This document shows, piece by piece, positions 46,691 to 56,209 of a DNA stretch of 64,000 bases. The notes under the pieces are model-generated. The model was not told the DNA's origin. It saw only the letters and a program-made list of their open reading frames with translations, and ran no database searches. This stretch comes from Saprolegnia diclina VS20 (Eukaryota), in contig NW_008246093.1 of NCBI RefSeq assembly GCF_000281045.1, positions 427,839 to 491,838 on the forward strand. The letters are read 5' to 3'. The translations under genes and the position numbers were made by a program. Position 1 is the first letter of the stretch. Each line of letters starts with the position of its first letter.

Positions 46691-48974
46691 ATGGCGACAC
46701 CGCAGCGCCCGCTGGGCCTCGAGCTCTCCTACTTTCGCCGCTTTATAGAGCTGCACGGCGGGCGGCGCGCCTTTGAAGGCAAGACGTCGGCGCAGGTGTG
46801 CTTTGACTACGTCGTCCCGTACACATCGACGTCAGAGGAGTCGCTCGTCGAGCACGTCCGCCTCCACACGTCCGACGCGGCGTGCGTGCAGCCCGCGAAT
46901 TGGTACATTAGCCACGCGTGGGGCTACATCTTCCTCGAGGCGCTCGAGAGCCTCGAATTGTTCTTCCGCGAGCGCTCCATTCACGACCCGGTCGTGTGGT
47001 TTTGCGTCTTCAACAACAATCAGCACCGCGCAAGCGAGCATCCGTTTGCATGGTGGCAGTCGACGTTCCAGGAGTCGCTCGCCGCCATCGGCAACGTCGT
47101 CATGATCATGCACCCGTGGAAGAACCCGGTCACACTCACAAGATCGTGGTGCATCTTTGAGGTCTACGTCACGGTGATGGCTGGCGCCAACTTTGACGTG
47201 GCGCTAGCGCCCAATCAAGCCACCCGGTTCTTTGACGATATCCTTACGGACATGAGCGCATTCTACAAAATGCTCGCAAACGTGAGCAGCGAAGCAGCGC
47301 AAGCCACAGTGCCGACCGACAAGACCAACATTGATCGCGTCGTCACGAGCTCTGTCGGCTTCACAGGCCTCGACCGCCTCGTCCTCGAGACGTTTGAAGC
47401 GTGGATGAAGCGTGTGATCCGCGGGCGCGCCGCGCTGGCGTCGACGGCTCTCGAAAAAGCGCGGCTCTTGAAGGCACTCGCCGAGTTTGTGTCGCTCAAC
47501 GGGGCGCTCGCCGAGGGCGAGGCGGTCGGCACCGAAGCGCTCGCACTGTACCTCGAGGCTGTCGGGCCCGACGACCCCGCCACTTTGTACATGCAAGGTC
47601 TCCTCGCCATGTTCCAAGGCCACCAGTACAAGCCGCGCGATCTCTGGGAACCCACGCTCGTCGATGTGATGCGCCGGCTCACGGTGCTTCTGGGTCCACT
47701 GCACGAAGAGACGCTCAACTGCATGTACCAGCTCGGCATGCTTTACGCAGAAGTGCTCGACCAGATAGACCACGGGCTCGAGCTGCTCGGCGAGACGCTC
47801 TCGCGAATGGTTGAGGTTTATGGCCCCGACCACCCGCGCACCATCGATACGCGGTTGGTCTTCACCATGTTCGAAGCGATCCGGTCGCAGAACGACAACG
47901 CTGTCAACGCTTTGGCCACATGTAACATGGACGCGCAGCGCGTCATGGGCAAGGACCACCCGACCGCGCTCACGGGCGCCACCTTTCTATCGCTGCTCCG
48001 CTCGCGTGCCGGCGGCTCGCACAGCGACTTGCTCGCAACGGACATTGCGACGGTCGAGCGCCACGAGCGCATCTTTGGTCGGGACCACGTAAATACCCAC
48101 GCCAGCATTCTCAACCTCGCTACGACGTGCCTCCACGAAGGCGACTACGACCAAGCGCTCGCGCTTCTCAAGCCACTTGTCGTAAACGGCGATGGACCAT
48201 TGGATGGCGCGCGGCGCGTGCCCCGCGCGATGGGTACGGCACAACAGATGCCCGGATAAGAGCTCAACGACCTGCGTAGCCCAGCGTGTCATGGCGGCGG
48301 CGTATGAGAAGATCGGCGAGTGTGCGCTGGCGGTCGACGCGTGGGAGGCCGCCATCGACGGGTTCCGTCACGTAAACGCCAAGGACGATCTCGCGGGGTC
48401 TGTCTGGAGTCTCTACTGGGCGCGCCACAAGGGCGACCTCTGGCCCACTCTAGCGTGCATTGAGACGCTGCTCGCACACTTGAAGCAAACGGAGCTGCTC
48501 CACGAAGGCTGGGGCTCTACGATGTGCTTGGCGTGCGAGCTACCGATGCTCGAGGGGATCACGTACATCTGCCCCGGCTGCACGATCGACCTTGGCGTTG
48601 TCTGCGCGTCCTGCCACGCACTCGTGCCCGACTGCCTCGACTGCGAACGCTCGGTGCTCTTGCCCACCGAGCCACCGGCCAGAGCGCTCCTCAAGATGCG
48701 CGTACAATGGCTCGCAAAAGAAGGACCCTCGGACGCCTTACGCGCCGCCAGCGACGCGCTCGCCGAGTACTGTCGTCAATGGGACTTGCCACTGGAGGAC
48801 CCAGCACCCCAAAGAGTATCGACGCCACTGGAGCGCTTGACAGCAGCCACATCATCGACACCACCGACGCCATGCGACGACCCCGAAGCGAATAGAGGAT
48901 CAATCGTTGGGTGGCTTTGTTGTTGGCGACAACGTCCCCGACACCAAACGAGCGAGTACAACCACGTCGAATAG
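46691..48974 (+). CDS. TIR/HET-like N-terminal domain + kinesin-light-chain-type TPR repeats + Cys-rich zinc finger; frameshifted near 48190
   Basis: WYISHAWG, VWFCVFNNNQH, LTRSWCIFE; TPR-type GPDDPAT/GPLHEET/GPDHPRT/GKDHPTA/GRDHVNT repeats; second frame carries CLAC..CPGC..CASC..CLDC. Confidence 0.75.
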
Positions 48975-49029
48975 GCGGCAGTGGGAGTAGCGTTCTAGTT
49001 GGTCGATGGTAGTCCTAAAGGTTGAGCCA

Positions 49030-50000
49030 CTAATCGAGATGGGTTGTGCTGGGACGAGTTAGCGTTCGCAACAATAGCTTGAGCTCGGCGTTGTGGACGA
49101 CAGCGAGCCAGTCACCGGTCCAGGCGGCGACAACAGAGGCACCCAGGGACCACACGTGGGCGACACCGAGAGCAAACGCCCAGTCCACAATAGCACCTCG
49201 CTGCAAGAGCACCGTGGCGCACGCCTCAATACACGGTACTCGGCACAAGTCACCGAGAGAGAGTTGAACATGGCGCACGAGCTCGGCCGTGAGAATGTCC
49301 AGCACGGGCTTGGTCGGCCGCAATGGCGGCGCGTAGAGCTCAAGCAAAACGGCTACGAGTTGGTTGATCGAATGAGTCGTTTGCATTCAGTGGTGTAGCA
49401 GCAGCTTGCTTTCCGTCACGCGAAACGGGACGCTCGCGATGCGCAAGATACTGTGCTTGACGTCGCCGAGGCCCGCGGCCAGTACAAACGCCGTGGCGGC
49501 GGGCGACGCCTCGATCGCCGTCTCGAGGAGGCTACCGTCACGGAGCTACGGCTTGCGCGCCAAGAGCTGGCCTACAACCTCGAACGCACCGTGCTGCAAC
49601 GCATAGCGCACCGCCTCGATCAAGCCGCCTTCCTTGCGGTGCGTCAGAAGAAAGGCGACAACTGTCCACGCGCGGTGCTGGATCGCGTTCTCCAGCGCCA
49701 ACATCGTGCAGCCCGCCGCCGATATGTGAGCGCGTTGACTTGACGGTGCAGCGCCGGCAGCACGTCGCGCTCGTCCAAGAGCGCAGCGGCAATCTCGAGG
49801 CGGTCCGTCTTGAGTGCCAACAGAATCGCGTCTGGCTTACGTCGTACTTTCTAGCCGGCTGTGTCAACCGGTTAGTGAAACCGGCTACTTCAGCCAGCCG
49901 GCTCGCGGCTATCAATGGCCGAGTGTATGGGGAAAAAAGTCATCTCCCCGCATCTCCGGGTGAGTCGCTGGGTGAGTCCCAATGCAAAATCGTACGCCGA
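49030..50000 (-). pseudogene. Decayed paralog of the ankyrin family, most central ankyrin repeats missing
   Basis: Fragments DRLEIAAALLDER, AIQHRAWTVVAFLL, LLARKP*LRDGSLLE, GLGDVKHSILRIA..VTESKLLL and GAIVDWAFAL match segments of copies A and B; interrupted by stops and frameshifts. Confidence 0.7.
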
Positions 50001-50162
50001 GTGTCAAAAGACGGGCCAGCGATGAGGCACTAAATGCGTCGCGTCCAGTTGTGGTGGACTGTCGAATGTGGCTAATCCAACCAATCGTAACCGATAGGCT
50101 GAGCCGGTTCACTACCGGCTGGTGCGCTGGCACAATTGCAGCGTCATCAACTTGCAAACACG

Positions 50163-50486
50163 ACGGCGACCTTCCAGCACGTTGTCCTGGAGCAGCCCGA
50201 CCTCGCGGCCATCGTCTTTGGCTACCAGCCTGGTGTCTGGGAAGACGTGCGCCCGGCCTTGTTTGCATGCAAGTACCTCGCCACCTTTGACGAGGCCTCG
50301 CGCTTTGGCGGCAAGCACAAGCTCGACGCCTCCTCCTACCCGATCTTTACAGGCACGACCGAGTGGGCGATGACAGTGAGGCCCATATCGGGCGAGTCGC
50401 ACGAGCTCAGCCGATTCACGCCCGACGAACGCCTTCCGCTGCACGTCGCCATTGTCGAATCATCACACGCGTGTTTGGTGGTATGA
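50163..50486 (+). pseudogene. Truncated 5' fragment of the ankyrin family; ACG at the start-codon position
   Basis: TFQHVVLEQPDLAAIVFGYQPGVWEDVRPA...DERLPLHVAI, then a stop. acgACGgcgaccttc here versus acgATGgcagcgaccttc in copy A. Confidence 0.75.
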
Positions 50487-50570
50487 AAACTAGGGTCCTC
50501 GACCAAGAGACAAGTTGTCTTTTCTTTTATTCTATACACTTGGTCAATAATTTATATATACTCACAATCT

Positions 50571-52217
50571 CTATGCCATCTTGAGAAGGCCCACCGTGTC
50601 CATGATCGACTTTGGCTTGGCGCCACCGAGGGCATCGACGACATCAACCATCGTTGGCCGACGCGCAATGTCTTCCGAGAGACACGCGAGGAGCAAGGCT
50701 TGGATCGAGAGCGGCATCGTGGCAGCGGACGGGCCGAGCTCGACGGCCACCACGATTTCGTGCCAGGTCGAGCCAATATCCGTCGCTGGCACATCGGTAA
50801 ACGCTTCCCAGAGCACGTAGCCAAACTCGAGGACGTCGACCGCCATCTCGGCTTGCGTCGACGCGACGGCCACGGCGCTGAACCCGCCGAGCGTCACGCG
50901 GCCGTCGAGGTCCACGATGCAGTGGCGCGTGCTCACGCTGTTGTGGGCAAGGCCGCACTCGTGCATGTGGGCGAGGCCGGCCGCAATGTCCCGCATGAGA
51001 TCCGTCTTTTCGTCGTTCGTCAAGCGCTGGCCAAGGTACGTGTGCAGCGTGAACGCTTGCTTGTGCTCCGAGACCCAGTGCATATGGTCGTGGAGCTTGG
51101 CAACGCCGAGAATGCGAGCAATGCGCGGGTGGTGGCTCATCTGCTGCATGCGGGCGCTGAGGGCGTCGACGGTCGACGCGTCATGGAGAGCGTCGACGTT
51201 GACGGCCGTGCCATTGTAGCTGCCCGTGGTCGCACCGATCGCGACGTCAAAGTCCTCGGACGCTAGAGTCCGCGCCTGCTCCGTGATGCGCATTGCTTGG
51301 CTCGGGTACGCCTGCGTCAAGGCGCCGGCCGCATCCGAGAGCGTCGCAAGCTGGAACGCAAGTCGGAGGACGTGCGGGCCCGCGACAACGTCCGCAAAGA
51401 ACGGCTGCCCGAGGACTGTCGCGTCGAGAACGACAACGTCAAAATGAACGTGCGTCGCGTGGTGGTCCCAGACAAAGGACTTGGTCTCGCCGTCCGCGAC
51501 GCTGTAGCCGATTTCCGGTACATGCAGCGTCACGTGGACCATTTGCCCGCGCTCGATTTGGAGCCAAATGGGCAGTGGCGAGGACGCGGCGGCGTCGTAG
51601 GTTGCGAGGAAGGCCCAAATCGACAAGCCAAAATGCGACGCTGCGGCAAAGTTGGGGGGGCCGTACGCAGCAAAATGCACCGCGTCCGCGTAAGATGGCA
51701 ATAGCGTCTTGTGGCGCACGGTTTCAAGCATCGGCACGTAGCTCTTGCGCTGCGTCGAGCGGACGCCGTAGAGTGGAAAAAACATGGCGGTCGACGAACT
51801 CTGGAGTGTCTTGGCGAGCGTCGTCATGGGGCTCGTCACGTGTGGCTGGAACGGAGGCGACAGTGGCGCGTCCGCTTCGACTTGATCCGGCGCGACGCTT
51901 GCAGGCGAAGCCATGGTTTGGTCGCCCGTGTCTGGCACGTTGTCGTCGTCGTCGTTTTGCGTCGACGTCGTCGGCGATGCAGGCGCCGAGCTGGCCTCGG
52001 ACGACGGCAGCGGTGTCACGACCACGAGCTTGACATCCAACGAGTCGGTGACTGTCGACGCATCGGACGACGACCGTGGTGCGGCCATCGGGGCAAACAC
52101 CGGGACGTCGGTGGTCGGAAGATCCTTCTTGCGCGGCAAGGACTTGGACACAGGTGCGTGACGGGGCTGGGGCTCGAGAACCAACGCCGAAGAGTCCTTG
52201 GACAGGCAGGTCCCCAT
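50571..52217 (-). CDS. N-acylated TKL-like pseudokinase with a central beta-rich domain
   Basis: MGTCLSK myristoylation/palmitoylation motif. Kinase fold HHPRIARILG, DIAAGLAHMH, DVLEFGYVLWE, RRPTM. HRD is replaced by HNS and DFG by GGF. Confidence 0.8.
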   Translation of the reverse strand: MGTCLSKDSSALVLEPQPRHAPVSKSLPRKKDLPTTDVPVFAPMAAPRSSSDASTVTDSLDVKLVVVTPLPSSEASSAPASPTTSTQNDDDDNVPDTGDQTMASPASVAPDQVEADAPLSPPFQPHVTSPMTTLAKTLQSSSTAMFFPLYGVRSTQRKSYVPMLETVRHKTLLPSYADAVHFAAYGPPNFAAASHFGLSIWAFLATYDAAASSPLPIWLQIERGQMVHVTLHVPEIGYSVADGETKSFVWDHHATHVHFDVVVLDATVLGQPFFADVVAGPHVLRLAFQLATLSDAAGALTQAYPSQAMRITEQARTLASEDFDVAIGATTGSYNGTAVNVDALHDASTVDALSARMQQMSHHPRIARILGVAKLHDHMHWVSEHKQAFTLHTYLGQRLTNDEKTDLMRDIAAGLAHMHECGLAHNSVSTRHCIVDLDGRVTLGGFSAVAVASTQAEMAVDVLEFGYVLWEAFTDVPATDIGSTWHEIVVAVELGPSAATMPLSIQALLLACLSEDIARRPTMVDVVDALGGAKPKSIMDTVGLLKMA

Positions 52218-53334
52218 ACTGCTGGTGGTGGTGTAGATGACGGGGCAAATTGAATTGTTGTTGGGTGCTCGCACTACGGTATCAACGGACCTGCCGTTGA
52301 TGCGCCAAAGACAAGATCGCGGGCGGGATGTCACATTGCACTTGGTGTCTCTTGATTTCAGTATACCACGTCGGCTGGTCGTTTGCATAGAAAGTGCAAT
52401 CGTCGGGAGCTGGTGCATATCTCAATACAACGTGCAAAATACACGTATGGTCGTCTCATGCAGCATGTCCTGCACATGGTCGCGATCGTCGTGTCGCTGC
52501 CCGTGGACATACACTGCCCCTTGCGCCGATGGCATAAAAGCTACCGCGCCAGAGACAACGCGACCACGCTGGAGCGCTAGATCCCACGTTGAAGGCGCGT
52601 ATGCGTCATTTTCAGCACACGCAATGGGTGGGTCAATTGCCGTGCGGCCAGTGTGGCGCCAGGAGGCAAGCAGGGGCAAGGCGGCACGCCAGAGGTCCCG
52701 ATTATGCAACCTGTCGTTGAACGCCGCATAGACCCGTCACCAACATGGAAGGGTTGGCGACTAGTGTTCTTGGAATTTAGTGGTCGTGGCGGAAGCAAGT
52801 TGAAGCGCGGTGGACTGTCGGCGCGACAAGGCGTCTGCGAACACGACATTTTACGTGGTTTCGACGCTGTGGGTCAAAAAGGGAGTTCTTGTCGACTTCG
52901 TTTAGTCTAGCGGTTTAGCCACTGCTTTACCACTAGGTAGATCCGGGACAAGAGAGAGAGCCCCACTTTCTGATTCTGTGCATGGTCCTCCCTTACCACT
53001 ATCGGCCCATCTCGGCCAGGCACGTTGGTACTATTTCGGATACGTCAAGGCAGAAATTTGGGAATGGATGAAGCGTCGATACCCGGTAGTTAGCTCGACA
53101 AAAGCAGCACGGGTAATCAGAGCACTCATACCGAGGTGACATTTGAAGTTTAGACTTTGCATTGGCCATGCAGGACCCGACACACGACATTTGCGAGGGC
53201 TTCGGCGTGCATTAGACGGCGCGACTAAACTCTCGGTGGCTAACGACACCAAGAGTTTATGTACTCTTGGACGACACCCACTAGACCTAGCCAATGTGTA
53301 CACAGCAAACAAAAAATACTGTACTAGTATTATG

Positions 53335-54081
53335 TTACTCGGCAACGTGGCTGCTCGGCAACTCGGCGGACGCGGCTGCGTGCTCTTCAGATGTTGACGC
53401 GTCCAACGTTGAAGTGGGCACCTCCACGTGCGTACTCGTGGGCCGCGACATGATGTCGGACCGGATCGCGTACTTGATGCCCGCTTGCACTGGCTCGCCC
53501 GAGTGGAACACCCGGTGCTGGAAGATGAGGACGCGGCCCGGCTTGGGCACAACGTGCATCTCGCCCTCTCCGATCCACATGCCAGTCTCGCCGCCCGCCT
53601 CGATCGAGTTCAAGTAGAACTGCACGGTGAGCACCGAGTACTCGCCGTCGCCGCGGTTATAACAGCCATCGTAGTGAGGGGAGAAGTGGTGGCCGACGCC
53701 GTAGCGCAGAAATCGAAGGCACTCGTTGATGCCAACCAAAGTTCGGTTGCCAAAGGTTGCAGGAAGATGGTCCTTGATACGGTGCCACAAGGTCGTAGCG
53801 GTTGCCGTGTCGTTCAGAATGCAGCGGTCGCTGTGCCGAATCTCAGGACGGAGCTGTTGGACGCCGTAGCCGACGTGGGTCAGCGCAGCCTCGTAGCCCT
53901 TGGCGCTCGCCTCAGAGAATGCAATGAGCTTCTCGCACTCGTCCCGTGTCAAGACGTTGTCGAGGACAATGACCAAGTTTCCTTTCGTGTCGATCGAGAG
54001 AGGTTGGGCTTCGACCAACACAGGCGTCCACTCGGCGGCAGTGAGGCAGTCGACAAGATTAGGGGCAGGTGGGGTCGACAT
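53335..54081 (-). CDS. 2OG-Fe(II) oxygenase (prolyl 4-hydroxylase-like), copy 1
   Basis: LDNVLTRDECEKLI, LRFLRY, FSPHYDG (HxD), VQFYLN, GGET, HSGEPV, KYAIRSDIM. Confidence 0.92.
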   Translation of the reverse strand: MSTPPAPNLVDCLTAAEWTPVLVEAQPLSIDTKGNLVIVLDNVLTRDECEKLIAFSEASAKGYEAALTHVGYGVQQLRPEIRHSDRCILNDTATATTLWHRIKDHLPATFGNRTLVGINECLRFLRYGVGHHFSPHYDGCYNRGDGEYSVLTVQFYLNSIEAGGETGMWIGEGEMHVVPKPGRVLIFQHRVFHSGEPVQAGIKYAIRSDIMSRPTSTHVEVPTSTLDASTSEEHAAASAELPSSHVAE

Positions 54082-54328
54082 GGTGTGATTTGAAGCATGA
54101 AGCCTCGCCCTGACGCTGCTCTGATTGTTGATCGAATCTATCAAGTCCGTCCATAAAAATGGCTCAAATATATCGCGCGTGTCGCAACCGGATTTATTGA
54201 ATGATCGATATATTATCAACTTGATATTTCACTGAAATGTGTCGAATAAATGTGTATACACGGACGACATGTATTGGAACCTCTAGTTTTCCAGTACTTC
54301 GTCCCCGAACGACTATGTAATATAGCAT

Positions 54329-54996
54329 TTACATAGTTGTGGTATCGGCACGCGGTCGGGACATGATGTCGGATCGGATGGCGTACTTTCGACCGTCGAG
54401 GACGGGCTCGCCCGAGTGGCACACCGGCTCGTGCGCAAAGATGAGGACGCGCCCGGGCCGAGGCTCCACAAGAAATGGCACGTCGCTCTTGTCGTCGAGC
54501 CAGAGACCCGTGCCGCCACCAGAAGCCACGCTGTTGAGGTACACTTGAATGGTGAGCACCGAGTACTCGCCATTGCCACGGTCGTACGTGCCGTCGTAGT
54601 GGGGCTTGAACTCGTGGCCGACGTCGTAGCGCAAAAACCAAAGTCGCTCGTTGATGCCAACCAAAGTACGGTCGTCAAAGGTGGACGGCAGGTACCCATT
54701 CAGGCGGCGCCAGAGAATGTCGGCTGTCTCGACGTCGTCGAGGATGCAGCGCTCGTTGTTGCGGACATCCGGTCGGTACGCCTGCCGACCACCCCCACGT
54801 TAAGCAGCGCACGCTCGTACCCACTTGCTTCAGAGAATGCAATGAGCTCAAGACACTCGCGCGGCGTCAAGACGTTGTCCAGGATCAGAACAAACGGGCC
54901 GTCGGGTGGTGCGACAGCCGGGTGCACTTGAATGGCCGGAGATACCGTGCTGTCGAGGCAGGTCGACAATCGAGCGGGGACGACAGAATGTGGCAT
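54329..54996 (-). pseudogene. 2OG-Fe(II) oxygenase copy 2, broken by a 1-nt deletion (pseudogene or assembly error)
   Basis: Collinear with copy 1. Adding one G to the G5 run (C5 at 54792-54796 on the + strand) restores NVGGGRQAYRPDVRNNERCILDD. HxD and H motifs are intact. Confidence 0.75.
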
Positions 54997-55303
54997 ATTG
55001 GTCGAGCTACTGCTTGTTCAGCCACCCCTCTGCCACTTGTTGGTGAATGCCAAGTATAAGACGGTGAGATAAGAATCAGGAGTGATGGTCGGTATCTTTT
55101 GAGGTGAATGATGGTGCTTTGTTGAGCACTGTGCCTTGGTGAGTTCCCTGGGGAGTTCCACGGTGAGGTCTGACTCGTGGCCTCAAATAATCCCGTGTGC
55201 TACTACTCTCTAGACGTGCTAGTTTCTCTAGAATGGTGTACGGTATGTGTACCAAGCGTACGATTCCTTGGCGCTACAATATCATCAAAAATGGCAAAAA
55301 CAT

Positions 55304-55375
55304 CGGTCCCACCGGGCTTCGATCCCGGATTGCCGGGCCATAAGGCCGGAGTGCTGCCACTTACACCATAGGACC
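55304..55375 (-). tRNA. tRNA-like gene on a tRNA-Gln backbone, nominal anticodon TAT, non-canonical
   Basis: GGTCCTA TG GTGT AAGTGGCA GCAC T CCGGC CTTATGG CCCGG CAAT CCGGG ATCGAAG CCCGG TGGGACC G, with a T5 terminator downstream. Confidence 0.8.
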
Positions 55376-55661
55376 TCTCGCGATGTCGTACGGGACCATC
55401 TTACGTACATGTATCGCCAGTCTCTGATGGGAATAGACGACCATCCCTTGTGCCCACCAACGAGGATGTTGAAGCCAAGAACGAGCGACTCTTCAGCATT
55501 GAGACATCACTCCGTACAGTCTAGCAGCTTCTACCACCGTCGGGATGGCGAGACTGGCGAGTTGGGCTCCAGCGGAGTAGCCGTTGGTAGTCCAGTTCCA
55601 TCTAGAAAAGGGCGCTTCGGGAGAAAATACAATCGTGGTGCTGCAACGCTGAAACAAGAGC

Positions 55662-55733
55662 GGTCCCATGGTGTAAACGGCAGCACTCCGGCCCTAAGGC
55701 CCGGCAATCCGGGATCGAAGCCCGGTGGGACCT
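55662..55733 (+). tRNA. tRNA-like gene on a tRNA-Gln backbone, nominal anticodon TAA with C33, non-canonical
   Basis: GGTCCCA TG GTGT AAACGGCA GCAC T CCGGC CCTAAGG CCCGG CAAT CCGGG ATCGAAG CCCGG TGGGACC T, with a T6 terminator at 55736-55741. Confidence 0.8.
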
Positions 55734-55867
55734 CCTTTTTTATAGATTAATTCACAACACTAAAGTGTTATTTCTGCATCGCAACAGAAAATATTATATA
55801 TATGAACGTGTTCCGCGTTATCTTCATTATGACACAAAGACTTCGCATACGTAGCGCTACGCCTGAA

Positions 55868-55947
55868 TGCGTGGGAGTTAGCACTTGGTCGTTGGGAGTG
55901 AGCTGCGTACGGAGAGATCCATCCCGTGGTGGACCCCACTCGCCGAG
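55868..55947 (+). repeat. Degenerate dispersed repeat, copy 2
   Basis: Aligns by eye to 35899-35985 with small indels. Confidence 0.65.
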
Positions 55948-56057
55948 TCATAGCTCGCGCGAGGTCGTACGCAGGCTCCTGTACTCGGACCACCCGACAG
56001 ACGAGTATGTCGTCACCCATATCCAGCCAAAATCAACAGACAATATTACGAGAAAAT

Positions 56058-56129
56058 TACCATCGCCGGGGCTTCGATCCCGGCTGCTTCCTCGCAACGC
56101 TCGTGCGTTACGGTTGACACTACAAGGTC
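56058..56129 (-). ncRNA. Third, degenerate tRNA-like element
   Basis: ACCTTG TA GTGT..GCAC D-arm, CCGGG ATCGAAG CCCCGG T-arm, CGATGGT acceptor strand, followed by TTTT. The anticodon arm is unpaired. Confidence 0.55.
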
Positions 56130-56209
56130 GCAGTCGCTCCATCTCAATTGCATCTCAACTGCATCCCACACAGCAAAACGGGACTGCTATCTTAGCCCTA
56201 GCCCTAGGG

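Noticed and set aside
55098..55187. Possible C/D snoRNA (tttgagg...ATGATGG...CTGA...cctcaaa with internal hairpins)
   Set aside because: The C box is imperfect, no rRNA guide was recognised, and it lies in the upstream region of the oxygenase gene; insufficient without Infernal.
55304..55733. Stop-codon reassignment via Gln suppressor tRNAs
   Set aside because: TTA and CTA are out of anticodon register (33-35), and genes in this window end normally at TAA and TAG.
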